Below are positions 29,809 to 40,707 of a DNA stretch of 64,000 bases, in pieces. Every line of letters begins with the position of its first letter. Position 1 is the first letter of the stretch. The stretch covers positions 246,692-310,691 of IMG/VR virus record IMGVR_UViG_3300042545_001134, one strand, 5' to 3'. The position numbers and the translations under genes are program-made. The notes under the pieces are model-generated. The model saw only the letters and a list, made by a program, of their open reading frames with translations, was not told where the DNA came from and did not search any database.

Positions 29809-31539
29809 TTATCTTAATGTGTCAAGACTGAATGTAGCCAATCCATGTACGTCAATTAAGCCATAGTAACGGTTATTAACCATTTTCTTAGCGTATCTTG
29901 TCATAATACCCTTAATTGGGGTAAAGTTGAACGGGTTATACATTGTAGGAGTCAATTGTAAAGGAACGTAAGGTGCGTAAATGTAACCTGCGTCTAACAA
30001 TGATTTTCCTTTGTGACCGATGATTACTTTACCTGCTGGTAAGTAAGGGTCACGGTAAACTTGGTAACGACCAGCTAATGAACCGATTTTCTCGATACCC
30101 ATGTTGTAAGTGTCAGCCTCTGGACCAGCACTTGATACGTGGAAATATTCTAAGTCATCGAATACTGCTGATACTTCAGAAGAAACAACAACCCAGTTAG
30201 CTCCACCACGAAGAGTTGTCTTGTGGATTTGAGCAGAGATTTGGTTGATTTTGGTAACCAAAGTTTGGTTCCAATCTTTCTGAGTGTAACCCATGAAAGG
30301 AGTGTTACCGGTTGCTCCGTATTTCCATTCGTTATAGTCCCACTTAGTTCTCCAAGCGGCACCTTTACGGATGTCACGTAAAATTTCACGGTCAATTTCT
30401 GCCGCAACTTGCTCAGACAATAAAGCTGTTAATTCAGCCTCAGCGTCGATGTTGTGGAATGCAGAAACGTCTTGTGCTAATTCTGGAGACCAGCTAGCTC
30501 TTAGTTTTCTTTCAGTTACAGAAACTGTTACTGACTCAAGGTCGAAAGAAACCTCACCGATTTCTTCTTCGAATTCAAGAGAAGCATAAGTGTTGTAAGA
30601 AACAACTAAGTTAGCAAGTGCTAAGTCGTTAGAACTAAAGTCAGATGCAGAGAAACCATTTGTTGTACTGTAAGATTCGAAATCTACATTTAAGTAAATT
30701 TTACCTTCTTCGTCACAAATGTCATTGTATTTAGCAACACCACTACCTGATTTTTGTCCGTACTCAACGATACCTTTACCATATTTCTGAGTTACAACGT
30801 TAAAGTTTTTAACACCGTTTTGTGCTGTTGTGTTACCAGTAACTGTGATTGCTAATGAAGCTAAAAATTCTTCAGTGTCCATAATGTTACCATTAGCACC
30901 TACCATTTTACCTTCACCTGCTGTAGTGAAACCACTAAGAACAACGATTGCACTTGATACTGAATCTCCACTCAAAGCGGCTGTACTTTCAGATGCAGCA
31001 CCATTACTGAATGTTACGAATGCGAAAGGTGCTGCTGCGATTGCAGTAACTGCTCCTTTAGAATAATCGAACAAACCTGAAGTTGCTGTGTCATCTTCTT
31101 CGTAGAAACGGTCGTACAAGTTAGTACCTGTGTAACCTGAAGTTGGGTTAGTTTGAGACGAAGGGAAACCATAAGGTTGGTTATGGTAACCACCTGAAGT
31201 TCTTTCCTGAATTTTAGGGATAAAGAAGAACAATTTACCAATAGGTAAGTTCATTGCTTGTACCGAAACGATGTCGTTTGCTAATAATTTAGAGAATACA
31301 CGACGGATAATTGGGAAAACTACAGTCTCGAAAGAACCACTAGCATCAGAAACTGCTGCTTCGTTGATTAAGTAAGACGCTTGGTTTTCATACAATTGCG
31401 CGATGTTATCTTTTTTATGGCCTTCAAGGCCTTCTAGGAAACCTAAGTCATCCCATTTTTTGATGGTATCTTCTTTGATAACTCTAAGGTGTTTTAACCC
31501 GATGTTACCTACCATACCTGATTCTAATAATGCTCCCAT
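29809..31539 (-). CDS. gp23: Major capsid protein, T4 gp23-like
   Basis: IVSVQAM, RKLRASWSPELAQD, AEAELTALLSEQVAAEIDREI, YAPYVPL, GIMTRYA. Confidence 0.97.
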   Translation of the reverse strand: MGALLESGMVGNIGLKHLRVIKEDTIKKWDDLGFLEGLEGHKKDNIAQLYENQASYLINEAAVSDASGSFETVVFPIIRRVFSKLLANDIVSVQAMNLPIGKLFFFIPKIQERTSGGYHNQPYGFPSSQTNPTSGYTGTNLYDRFYEEDDTATSGLFDYSKGAVTAIAAAPFAFVTFSNGAASESTAALSGDSVSSAIVVLSGFTTAGEGKMVGANGNIMDTEEFLASLAITVTGNTTAQNGVKNFNVVTQKYGKGIVEYGQKSGSGVAKYNDICDEEGKIYLNVDFESYSTTNGFSASDFSSNDLALANLVVSYNTYASLEFEEEIGEVSFDLESVTVSVTERKLRASWSPELAQDVSAFHNIDAEAELTALLSEQVAAEIDREILRDIRKGAAWRTKWDYNEWKYGATGNTPFMGYTQKDWNQTLVTKINQISAQIHKTTLRGGANWVVVSSEVSAVFDDLEYFHVSSAGPEADTYNMGIEKIGSLAGRYQVYRDPYLPAGKVIIGHKGKSLLDAGYIYAPYVPLQLTPTMYNPFNFTPIKGIMTRYAKKMVNNRYYGLIDVHGLATFSLDTLR

Positions 31540-31572
31540 TTTAGTATTTTTTTTGGTTTTTTATTTTTATGT

Positions 31573-32760
31573 TTATTTTATTTTTGTCATCAAATCTTTC
31601 ATTCTCTTAAATTGAGGATTCTCATAAGCCTTTGACTCAGATAAAACTTCAGTAGAAGATGAACTACTCGGTGCTGACGTGATTTTTTCAACCACTGATT
31701 CTGAAATTGGTTTTTTAACTTCAAATTCAGATTTTAATGTACTATACAAGTTCTTAGATTCTTTCAAGGTTGAAATTGAATCGAATCTCTTTAAGATGTT
31801 TAACTTTTCTTGTTTTGTTGTTGAATGTTCAGTGAACAAACGTGTAGCGTACGCTAAGTTTGCATTGAACACAGCAACTTCATTAAGTTTCTCTTTGAAC
31901 AATATAAGGGCCTTTTTGTATTCAGAGTTTTGTTTTTTCAAGGTCTCAACTTCTTCGTTGATTGCTCCTGCTGCAAATACTTTTTTACCTTTGATACCTG
32001 TTCTGTTCGCTCCGGCTTTATCACCGTGTGCGTTCCACTTAGTTCTAGCGGCTTCTTCTACATCACCCTCCATTGGTTCTGCAAATTCCTCTTCAGAAAC
32101 TTCTTCTTCACCAATTGGTTCGTCAAGTTCGATTTCATAAACTACTTCTTCATTTTCTTCTCCTTCAGCATCTGCACCATCAAGGCCAGCACCTGAAAGG
32201 TCGAAAGAATCGTCTTCGTTCATGTCAAATGATTCTTCTTCCGTAGATTCATCTTCTAACTTGATGATGTATTCGTCATCGCCATCTGATAATTCAATGT
32301 GATTGTTATCTTTCTTAACGATGATACCATCTTCAGGACCCATTGCTTTGAAAACTTTTAATATTTCGTCTTCGTCAGCATCAGTCATGTCAACAACATC
32401 TTCTTCATCTTCAGAATCCATACCCATACCCATATTAGGCATTTCGTCTTCATCTTCAAAATCCATTGAATCGATATCTTTTGATATTTCTTCATCGTCA
32501 GATGATTCTTCACCTGATTCATCATTATTAAGACCGTCTTCTTCATCTCCAGCTTCAGCTGGTACATCGTCTTGTGTCTCTTCTTCAGAATCGGGTTGTT
32601 CTGCAACAACCTCTTCCTCTTCTTCCATAGATTCTTTTAGCAAATCATTTAGTTCTTGTTTCATGGTAGAAGCAAGTATACCTTTTGCATTTGCCCTTAC
32701 TGCCTCTTCAAGTGTCTGCACCTGAAGTAACGCTTGTTCTAAGATTGATTTTTCGCTCAT
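31573..32760 (-). CDS. Prohead core scaffolding protein (gp22-like)
   Basis: Very acidic coiled coil between protease and major capsid genes. Confidence 0.75.
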   Translation of the reverse strand: MSEKSILEQALLQVQTLEEAVRANAKGILASTMKQELNDLLKESMEEEEEVVAEQPDSEEETQDDVPAEAGDEEDGLNNDESGEESSDDEEISKDIDSMDFEDEDEMPNMGMGMDSEDEEDVVDMTDADEDEILKVFKAMGPEDGIIVKKDNNHIELSDGDDEYIIKLEDESTEEESFDMNEDDSFDLSGAGLDGADAEGEENEEVVYEIELDEPIGEEEVSEEEFAEPMEGDVEEAARTKWNAHGDKAGANRTGIKGKKVFAAGAINEEVETLKKQNSEYKKALILFKEKLNEVAVFNANLAYATRLFTEHSTTKQEKLNILKRFDSISTLKESKNLYSTLKSEFEVKKPISESVVEKITSAPSSSSSTEVLSESKAYENPQFKRMKDLMTKIK

Positions 32761-32840
32761 TTTAAAAAATTAGTTTATTATAAATATTGTGATTATGTAA
32801 AAAAGTACTTTTTACGGTATTATAATCTTAAATAAATTAG

Positions 32841-33524
32841 TTATTTAGATAAAAAACTATCCAACTTATTCATTAGATTTATCATTTTGTTAGACTGTTC
32901 AGGTCTTTCTTGGGTTGATTCCTGATATTGTTCTCTCTCACTTGGGTCCTTAAATACATAGGCACCGGGGGTAGATGGAGATGATACTAAATCGTAACAT
33001 ACGAGTTCAAAGTCCTCTTGTACTATATTCTGACCTCTAACATTCTTTAAGGAACCGACACCTCTTGATGATATACCCAACGTTGCCCCGTTCATAAGTA
33101 ACATTGCGGCTTGGTCACCCTTAGTACTAACGATACCCATCTTCTTCCAACCTGGTGAAGTGAATAGTTTAATTTTACCCATTAGGATTTTACCATCCCA
33201 CCAAGTTTCAAGGATTGAATGGGAAACCCTATCTAAATCGATAAGTGATGATGATGGGTGATTTAACTCATTTAGAGCACCACCTTTTTTAATAAGGGTT
33301 TGATATTTCTCGTTTTCTCTCTTTAATAATACTTCAGGGTAGATTCTACCGTTCTTATTTGGAGTATCATATTTTTGTAAAACAGCATACAAAATAATAT
33401 CCTGAGAGAAGTCTGTATCTTTCATCTCGGATATTATTTTTTTATTGTCTTGGGGAGAAACGTGACCGGCGTCGTATTCTATTAATATACCTCTTCCGAT
33501 TTCATTGGGTCCGAGTATTTTCAT
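32841..33524 (-). CDS. gp21: Prohead core protease, T4 gp21-like
   Basis: NKNGRIYP, ELNHP, VSH, LGISSRGVGS, DLVSSPSTPGA. Confidence 0.95.
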   Translation of the reverse strand: MKILGPNEIGRGILIEYDAGHVSPQDNKKIISEMKDTDFSQDIILYAVLQKYDTPNKNGRIYPEVLLKRENEKYQTLIKKGGALNELNHPSSSLIDLDRVSHSILETWWDGKILMGKIKLFTSPGWKKMGIVSTKGDQAAMLLMNGATLGISSRGVGSLKNVRGQNIVQEDFELVCYDLVSSPSTPGAYVFKDPSEREQYQESTQERPEQSNKMINLMNKLDSFLSK

Positions 33525-33558
33525 TTATCTTTTTCATAATAAATACCCCGTTCCTACA

Positions 33559-33984
33559 TTAATTCTTCGTTTCGTTGAAATTAAAGAGAGTTTCGTCAGT
33601 TAAAACGTTATCAATTAGTGTCTCAGATAAATCTGCAACGATTTGTTTTATCTCTTTTGACCTTACATCAAAATATTTTTCAACGTATAATGTAATTTCT
33701 AGGTCCATAAATGACCGTTTATTAATTTTAACTCCGCTGGTCTTTATGTCCAAATCCACAATTGATTGTGGTTTAAAATATTCGCAGTTTAAATTGTGAA
33801 TATTTTCTTTTATTTGTCTTCTTGTTTTGTTAATCAATCTATCGAAGTCACAATCCTCTGTATCGGGTTGTGTCCATGAGTTTAATTGGATATAGATTGT
33901 CTTTAGGTCTTTGTAGTCAACTGTACCGTATCCTATTTTAACATTGTTGTGGACACCAATTGGAATAAATTTTCCTCTTTTCAT
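33559..33984 (-). CDS. Hypothetical protein
   Basis: 141 aa ORF. Confidence 0.7.
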   Translation of the reverse strand: MKRGKFIPIGVHNNVKIGYGTVDYKDLKTIYIQLNSWTQPDTEDCDFDRLINKTRRQIKENIHNLNCEYFKPQSIVDLDIKTSGVKINKRSFMDLEITLYVEKYFDVRSKEIKQIVADLSETLIDNVLTDETLFNFNETKN

Positions 33985-34081
33985 TTAATATTTTCATACT
34001 TAGTTATTTTATGGTGTATTTAAAATATACAAAAAAAAGTCAAGAAATCAAAATAATTTCATTATAATTGTAAAAAAGAAT

Positions 34082-34273
34082 ATGATAATCATCAATGTAC
34101 TAAAAGAAAAAAACCTTGAAGTAGCACTTAAAAAGTACAAATTCAAGGTTCTTAAAACTAAACAAACTGAACAACTAAGAGAGAGACAACAATTTGTGAA
34201 ACCTTCGGTTGTTAAAAGAAGTGAAAAGTTAAAGGCGATTTACAAACAGCACAAGAACAATCCCGAGGATTAA
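34082..34273 (+). CDS. rpsU: Ribosomal protein bS21 (phage-encoded)
   Basis: LEVALKKYKFKV.KTK...QLRERQQFVKPSVVKR matches the bS21 pattern. Confidence 0.92.
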   Translation: MIIINVLKEKNLEVALKKYKFKVLKTKQTEQLRERQQFVKPSVVKRSEKLKAIYKQHKNNPED

Positions 34274-35001
34274 TCCAAGTTATTCTTCAACTCTGTTAAT
34301 CTAAAATAGTTGTATTTCGATACTACCGATTCATTAACGTCGTTTTTAACGTTAGTTAATTTATCACGTAGTTCATTGTCTGATTCGGTTAAAAGAGAAT
34401 CAATCTTAGTATTAAGACTTTCCTTTAATGTTTCCATTTCAGATTTTAATTCAGTTTCATCCATAGAAACAATTTTCTTAAACATTTCTTTTTGACCCTC
34501 ATTCATAAAATCAACAAACTTGGTGTTGAAGTTATTCACCAAAACCGCATTCAATAAAGATTGATTATCGGTATGAGTTGATTCTGAAACTTGAGATGAT
34601 TTCTTTTTAGTAAGGTGTGAGATTAATGTTTGTTTAGACTCAACCTTCTTCTCAATGTTTAAAAGGGTATTCTTTTCAGAAATAATATCTAAACATTCAT
34701 AGATTACATTCTTTTCAATTGATACATCACCCAATATCTTATTCAAAGATTTACAAGATTCTTTAATCGAGTTTGATTTTTCAATCAACAATGATTCAAT
34801 TTGTTCAACGAACAATTTGGCGGTATCGGTACTTGAGATGTGTTTATTTTCGATATCTTCATAGAACAAGTACATTTCTGACAAGTTCTTATCTGATTTA
34901 ATTTGTTTTAATAATTCTTTTACGTCTGATTTTTTATCAGAAGTGTAAGATTCTGTTAATTTGTTTAACAGTTTTGATTTTACATTACCAAAGTTTGACA
35001 T
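34270..35001 (-). CDS. Hypothetical head-module protein
   Basis: 243 aa helical ORF directly after the portal gene. Confidence 0.7.
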   Translation of the reverse strand: MSNFGNVKSKLLNKLTESYTSDKKSDVKELLKQIKSDKNLSEMYLFYEDIENKHISSTDTAKLFVEQIESLLIEKSNSIKESCKSLNKILGDVSIEKNVIYECLDIISEKNTLLNIEKKVESKQTLISHLTKKKSSQVSESTHTDNQSLLNAVLVNNFNTKFVDFMNEGQKEMFKKIVSMDETELKSEMETLKESLNTKIDSLLTESDNELRDKLTNVKNDVNESVVSKYNYFRLTELKNNLD

Positions 35002-35003
35002 TC

Positions 35004-36815
35004 TTATTGTTCGTTTAGTATATCTTTTAATTTATTTTCTATTTCATAAATATTCTGTTGTGCCCTATTCATATCGAATAAATCGGTAAACTCTTCGCTC
35101 TCACCCAACATTCCTAATATTTTACGTTTTTTTGATGATTCCGCTAACGGTTCGGCTCCACCCGATGGAGGTGCCTCCGCCGCTGGCGCTCCACCACCCA
35201 TATCCATTCCACCTGGTTCTCCACCACCTTCCGGTGCATCACCACCCTGTTCTCTTTCTTCCTCAGGAACACCGTACTTAGTATCTACTTCATCAAATAC
35301 ACCTGAACGTTTAATAACATTCTGAGTGTTTGTTAATTCAAATCCCATTGCTCTTTCAAGACGTTGTTGTTGTAAATCAAGTATAACCTCACTATCACTC
35401 ATACCAAGAATATTTTTCTTAGCCCATGTGTGGGATACTGGTAATATACCAACTTGTGATGTGTCAGACGTTGCATCTTTATATAGAACAATTTTTTCTT
35501 TCCACTGCTCAATACGTAATAAGTCTGATTGTGCTGAAGGGTTAGTTAATGATAATGTGAAATTATCCAACTCATCCTCCAATCCAAGAAGATACAAATG
35601 CATAAGTGCAATTTTGTTTAATTCTTGAATCATAGACTTTTGAATTCTATTGATGGTTCTAGCGAAACGGATATCCATTAACGCTAAAGTTTTACCGTCA
35701 CCAACCACCTCTTCAAAACCTAAGAATGCCTTAGGTATACGAAGTGCCGCCAACATTTTCTTTTGGATGTATTCAATATCCGCAATCTCACCTAAGTTTT
35801 GTGCTCCCGGTAGAGTTTCAATTGGATTAGTTTGTGCCGCATCACGTACAGGAATGAAATAATCTTGGTCAACAGCCATTTGGTTATATCTCATATCCAC
35901 TTGACCATTTCTACTGTCAACTATTTGGTCCCTTTTAAATTTGTTCGCCACACGTTGCACATACGCCTCGATATCTTTATCATCCATGTTACCAACGAAT
36001 ACTTTGAATACACGTCTTTCGGGTGCTCTTGTTGTTCTATAAATTAACATCGCATCTTCGGCAAGAAGTAATTGTTTCCAAATTCTTCTAATCTTATCCA
36101 ACATTGATGTACCATATGGTAACTTTCTATCGTCACCCAGTAATCTAAAGTGGGCAATTTCCCATGCTTGGAATTCTAAATCTTTATTTTTCCATTGGAA
36201 CCTTAATTCTCTCGATGGCATCTTAGAATCATTTTGGTTAGGTGCTTTAGTTGAGCCACCCTCCATTCTTTCAATCTCAATATTCGGTAATTGTTGACAA
36301 CCAACAATACCTTTTTCGGGGTCAATTTTTAAATAAACAAAATCATCACCGTACTTACACACACCACGAGCCCACATTTGTAGGTTAGTGTTCAAATCTA
36401 AACGATTAATGAATAAGTCCTCAAGTATGGTTTTAATTCTTGAAGATTCTGAAAATATAGTAAGAATTTCACCTTTTTCTGATAATGTAGTAGATTCTTC
36501 TGCATAGATGTCTAATGCCGCCGAAATCTCAGGAGTAAACTCCATTGATTCATAATCATAATACGCCGACATTCTATTTGGTTCATAATAAACCGATTGG
36601 TTATATAATGATTGTTCAAGTTTTGTCCACTTGTCAGCAACGTATTGACTCTGTTGAGCCTGTAACATCGCCTTTTCGTATTCTTCCCTACTATTGGTTT
36701 TTAGTATTTCTTCTCTCGAGAAATTAAATGACGGTGAATCCTCGGGTTTTACTTGTCCCGGGAAACCAAACATCTTGGTTAACCTCTGAAATACAGTTAT
36801 GTTATTATCTGCCAT
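35004..36815 (-). CDS. gp20: Portal protein, T4 gp20-like
   Basis: PEISAALDIYAEE, EDAMLIYR..RAPERRVF.V.VGN, DYFIPVR, IETLPGAQNLGEIADIEY. Confidence 0.96.
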   Translation of the reverse strand: MADNNITVFQRLTKMFGFPGQVKPEDSPSFNFSREEILKTNSREEYEKAMLQAQQSQYVADKWTKLEQSLYNQSVYYEPNRMSAYYDYESMEFTPEISAALDIYAEESTTLSEKGEILTIFSESSRIKTILEDLFINRLDLNTNLQMWARGVCKYGDDFVYLKIDPEKGIVGCQQLPNIEIERMEGGSTKAPNQNDSKMPSRELRFQWKNKDLEFQAWEIAHFRLLGDDRKLPYGTSMLDKIRRIWKQLLLAEDAMLIYRTTRAPERRVFKVFVGNMDDKDIEAYVQRVANKFKRDQIVDSRNGQVDMRYNQMAVDQDYFIPVRDAAQTNPIETLPGAQNLGEIADIEYIQKKMLAALRIPKAFLGFEEVVGDGKTLALMDIRFARTINRIQKSMIQELNKIALMHLYLLGLEDELDNFTLSLTNPSAQSDLLRIEQWKEKIVLYKDATSDTSQVGILPVSHTWAKKNILGMSDSEVILDLQQQRLERAMGFELTNTQNVIKRSGVFDEVDTKYGVPEEEREQGGDAPEGGGEPGGMDMGGGAPAAEAPPSGGAEPLAESSKKRKILGMLGESEEFTDLFDMNRAQQNIYEIENKLKDILNEQ

Positions 36816-36872
36816 GTATATAAATAGTTTTCTTTATAATATAAATAATTTTAAGGGGATATTAAAGTCGTG

Positions 36873-38642
36873 TTACCTCTTTTTGGAAAATAACCACGAA
36901 TATTCTTTATAGTGGTCCTTAGTCGCATTACCGTGTATCTGTTGAACCACATTAGCGTCCGTACCCATTGAACCTATTTGGTCAAATGCGGTACCATATG
37001 AATAAAACGATTTGTTCGGTTCGTAGGTTCTTTCAGTTACCGTCCACGACTCCAACATTGCCTTATTTGCGTTCTCGTTTTTTTCTAATTGACTAAAACA
37101 CATATCGGCCGCGTAAAGTGCCATCGACATACTCATAATTGCATCATCATGATGTCCTTTCATGTGGTCAGGTCTACCGTTGATATAAACAAATGTGTTT
37201 AATTCATTTACTAATCTACTTGACCTAACTTGGAATCCTTTTCTTAATTGTTCTTCAAATGCGGCAACAATCTGAGTTCTTTTATTGTTAAAATTTAATC
37301 CGGGGATTTTTTCCATCGCCTTCGAATTATATTCCCAAATATTCTTTGTATTAACACCATCAATATACAGGTTCCTATAATTCATCTCCTGTAATTTTCT
37401 GGATGTTGCCACACCCATACCACCGGTGATATCAATTACAATAAACGCCTCATATAAAATTCCCCATTTATATGCAACTGACGCTAAATCGTCGGGTGGA
37501 ATCTTACCTATATATTCCGCAACTTGTTCCCTCTCATCAAAGTCAATTATATTAATAGATGAGAAGTCTTCACTGTCCCCTCTACTCACATCGACACCCA
37601 TAATGTATTTATGTCCTTGTACCGGTTCTTTCCATTGCCAAAAGGTACCTTGCATGTACTTTTCTTTTGGTGTGCGTAACATGTTCTTAGTTATATTATC
37701 TTGAATATCACCCGGAATAACACCATCACCCGAACCCAAGAAGTCACACTCTAACTCTTGCGCAATCTTACGTCTATCATATTTGAACTTTTTTGACATT
37801 GATTCAAACCATGAAGAAAACGGTTTATATCCCAATTCTTCAAGTTCGGCATACTTTTCTATGTCAAAGTCATATATTATCACTTCAGTATCGTCATATT
37901 GTTCTCTATTCAACATGTAATGACATATATCCTGACATTTAACCCAACGTAAGTCCTTTGTGTAACGAGGGTCTTTAAACCACCTTAAATCGGTTATATG
38001 GAAGTCATTGATACCTCTCATCGCTTGGTCATAAACACCATAGTAAATTGGGTCATATCCATTCGGAGTAGAAACAAGAATAATCTTACCACCTGTAGAT
38101 AGGGATGCCATAGATGCCGCCCAAAAATCTTCACCGGCTTCGATATATGCCGCCTCGTCAAATACAAGGATTGTTGGGGTATAACCACGTAACGCATCCG
38201 CAGATGTCGCAACCGCCTTAACCTCACACCCGTTGTTTAACCTAAATCTACTTTCTGAATTTTTATCGGGTGAAAACCCAACATTCAACCAATCTGGCCA
38301 TTGGTCTAAGAAATGACGAACCTTATTGGCCATTTCCACCGCGGTATCCTTTTTGTTGGCAATTAATAATACCCTTTCAGGGTTTTCTGGTTTTGCCAAT
38401 TGTAGTCTTCTGGAAATCCATGCGGCAGTTACTGTGGTAACACCGGCCTGTCTATATTTCCTCGTAATATTTTCGTTGTATACTTCGTAATCCTTGATTA
38501 ACTGAACTTGGTCAGGGAATAACTCTAAAGGAACATATTTCTTTTGCGTATTGTCATATGTCGTTAAGTATGTTTTTAACGCATATGGAGCATCCTTCAT
38601 TATACGAGCATACTCTTTTAATTGTTCTATCTTATTACTCAT
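36873..38642 (-). CDS. gp17: Terminase large subunit, T4 gp17-like
   Basis: KYRQAGVTT, LVFDEAAYI, STPNG, QELECDF, GVDVSRG..EDFS, HDDAIM. Confidence 0.96.
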   Translation of the reverse strand: MSNKIEQLKEYARIMKDAPYALKTYLTTYDNTQKKYVPLELFPDQVQLIKDYEVYNENITRKYRQAGVTTVTAAWISRRLQLAKPENPERVLLIANKKDTAVEMANKVRHFLDQWPDWLNVGFSPDKNSESRFRLNNGCEVKAVATSADALRGYTPTILVFDEAAYIEAGEDFWAASMASLSTGGKIILVSTPNGYDPIYYGVYDQAMRGINDFHITDLRWFKDPRYTKDLRWVKCQDICHYMLNREQYDDTEVIIYDFDIEKYAELEELGYKPFSSWFESMSKKFKYDRRKIAQELECDFLGSGDGVIPGDIQDNITKNMLRTPKEKYMQGTFWQWKEPVQGHKYIMGVDVSRGDSEDFSSINIIDFDEREQVAEYIGKIPPDDLASVAYKWGILYEAFIVIDITGGMGVATSRKLQEMNYRNLYIDGVNTKNIWEYNSKAMEKIPGLNFNNKRTQIVAAFEEQLRKGFQVRSSRLVNELNTFVYINGRPDHMKGHHDDAIMSMSMALYAADMCFSQLEKNENANKAMLESWTVTERTYEPNKSFYSYGTAFDQIGSMGTDANVVQQIHGNATKDHYKEYSWLFSKKR

Positions 38643-38654
38643 ATATATAAATAC

Positions 38655-38682
38655 AAAAAAAGGAGGTTAAAAACCCCCTTTT
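38655..38682 (-). terminator. Putative intrinsic terminator
   Basis: AAAAGGGGGTT-loop-AACCTCCTTTTTTT on the minus strand after the 477-aa gene. Confidence 0.55.
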
Positions 38683-38687
38683 AAATA

Positions 38688-40121
38688 TTATCGATTATCG
38701 TCATCATCGTCATCCGATAAACTAATACCTAAATCACCTAAAAGATTTCTCATATCATCATCAGTAAAATCATCCGCAACATCATCTAAATCATTATTAA
38801 ATGATTCCATTGCATCTTGGTAATCTTGGTCTCTAAGTAATTGTTCAATCCCTAACATTAATTCATTCATTAATCTTTTACCATTTGCAGAACCTGAAAC
38901 AACCTCCTTTGCGAATACCAATAAATTTTTTGCTGGTAATTTGAAAATTGTCATTAGTAATCTATTCTGTAGATGCATCTTATTTACATCGGTTAAGATG
39001 TCTTCAGGAAATTGTCTTCTCATCCTTTCCCATATTGCTGGTCCTAATCTCAAATCCCATACTTCTTTTTCTAAAGTATCTTCTGATTGTTGTACCGCAT
39101 TAAAAGTTTCTAAATCATCTGGGTCACCGGCGTATGAAATTAAATCCATCACCGCTTTAACTAATTCATGGACAAGTACGGGAAAATTAACAGCTTCTAT
39201 TGTTATTTTAGGGGGGTTGGAATTTCTATCTGTTTTTTGTTTACCAGCCATACTTGACCCACCTTCTCCGCCTCCACCCATCATCATTTTCATTTGTTCG
39301 TCACTTAATTGCCAATAAAGTGTATCGTTAATTGACATTAAAATACCGTATTGATTTATCAAGTTTTCAGAACCAGTAATTTCTTCAATTTTATCAGGAA
39401 CATAATGATACATATAGTGAGCCTTTTCTGATGCACCTTGTATCATACTATTAATAAATCTTCTTTTTGCTTTTTCTAAATCAAGTTTTTCCAAATCACC
39501 CATTAAATCCTCCTCAACCTCAATATTTACTTCTGGAGCATTTTGTTGTTGACCTTGTTCTCTATTGAAATCACTCGAATCAATTTCACCTGTATTAACA
39601 ATTTTAACATCAAATTGTAAAATATTTACTTTTTTTCTAGTTGTTCCGGTTATTTGATACTTATATGCCATATATACACCATCAATAAATTCAACACCAG
39701 CACCTTCTTCAATCTCCTTTGGTTTAAAAACATTCAGTTCTTTTACAACTAAATCAACTGATAATTTTTCTAATTCTCCTCTATGTGCTCTTTCGGTTTG
39801 TACAATTTGATTATGAGCAGTCATCATCATTTGAGCTAATGGCATTATATCATTAATAGTCCTAAGAGGTGTATTAATACCCGTATATTGTCTTAGGTTA
39901 CTAATTACTTGTCTATATCTTTCAGATGCTAAAAGTTCTTGGAAATTTTTATTGGGTTCATCACCTGTTTTAGGAAATGGAATTTTTTTCAATGGAGTAT
40001 CTCCTTGAGCTAGTTTATTTTGTATACCTTGGTCAGGTCTATCTTCCGTATCGAAATCCATTGCCATCTCTTCTAAATTTTCTTTAATTAAAGATAACAA
40101 ATTTTTTTTACTAAATTCCAT
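38688..40121 (-). CDS. Hypothetical protein (conserved-looking, head module)
   Basis: 477 aa ORF; contains HELVK, an HExxK-like segment. Confidence 0.7.
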   Translation of the reverse strand: MEFSKKNLLSLIKENLEEMAMDFDTEDRPDQGIQNKLAQGDTPLKKIPFPKTGDEPNKNFQELLASERYRQVISNLRQYTGINTPLRTINDIMPLAQMMMTAHNQIVQTERAHRGELEKLSVDLVVKELNVFKPKEIEEGAGVEFIDGVYMAYKYQITGTTRKKVNILQFDVKIVNTGEIDSSDFNREQGQQQNAPEVNIEVEEDLMGDLEKLDLEKAKRRFINSMIQGASEKAHYMYHYVPDKIEEITGSENLINQYGILMSINDTLYWQLSDEQMKMMMGGGGEGGSSMAGKQKTDRNSNPPKITIEAVNFPVLVHELVKAVMDLISYAGDPDDLETFNAVQQSEDTLEKEVWDLRLGPAIWERMRRQFPEDILTDVNKMHLQNRLLMTIFKLPAKNLLVFAKEVVSGSANGKRLMNELMLGIEQLLRDQDYQDAMESFNNDLDDVADDFTDDDMRNLLGDLGISLSDDDDDDNR

Positions 40122-40707
40122 TTTTAATTCTTTTTTTTTCAGCTAATGCTTTTGGAGCATGATTAGGTCCCGGTTTAGGACTAAATGGGTCATCAGTTTT
40201 AGGTTTTTCTGTTGGTTTCTCTCTAACAGGTCTTTCTCTAACCGGTGTTTCGGTTTCTTTTTCTTTGGTTGATGATGACATGATTGAATCATAAGTCATA
40301 AATTCAGGAACACCGTTGTGTCCTTTGTTTGCCTTAGTTGCCGGCATTGGTGTTGAAGTTTCTTTAACTTTAGAACTAATAATTTCCATAATTTCACTTT
40401 TTTTCGTAAAATTACTAAATTTTTCCTCAGCCAAATTTAAAACCCAAGATTCAACCTCATTTTCTTTTTGAACATGAGACCATTCTTCATTTTCATCCCC
40501 TTCTTCACTCTTTTCTTCGTAAGTTTCAATTGTCTTACCTAATTTTTTTGCATTTTCAATGTCCTTAACGTTATCTGACTTAATTATTACCGCTTCTTTT
40601 AAAACAGTTTTGGCTAAAACGGTAAGTTCCTTGTCTCCCATACGAGAAAGGGTCTTTTCAGAAAACCCCTCAGATAATAGTTTTTCGATTATATCTTTTC
40701 TTTTCAT
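40111..40707 (-). CDS. Hypothetical protein
   Basis: 198 aa ORF in operon. Confidence 0.7.
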   Translation of the reverse strand: MKRKDIIEKLLSEGFSEKTLSRMGDKELTVLAKTVLKEAVIIKSDNVKDIENAKKLGKTIETYEEKSEEGDENEEWSHVQKENEVESWVLNLAEEKFSNFTKKSEIMEIISSKVKETSTPMPATKANKGHNGVPEFMTYDSIMSSSTKEKETETPVRERPVREKPTEKPKTDDPFSPKPGPNHAPKALAEKKRIKNGI

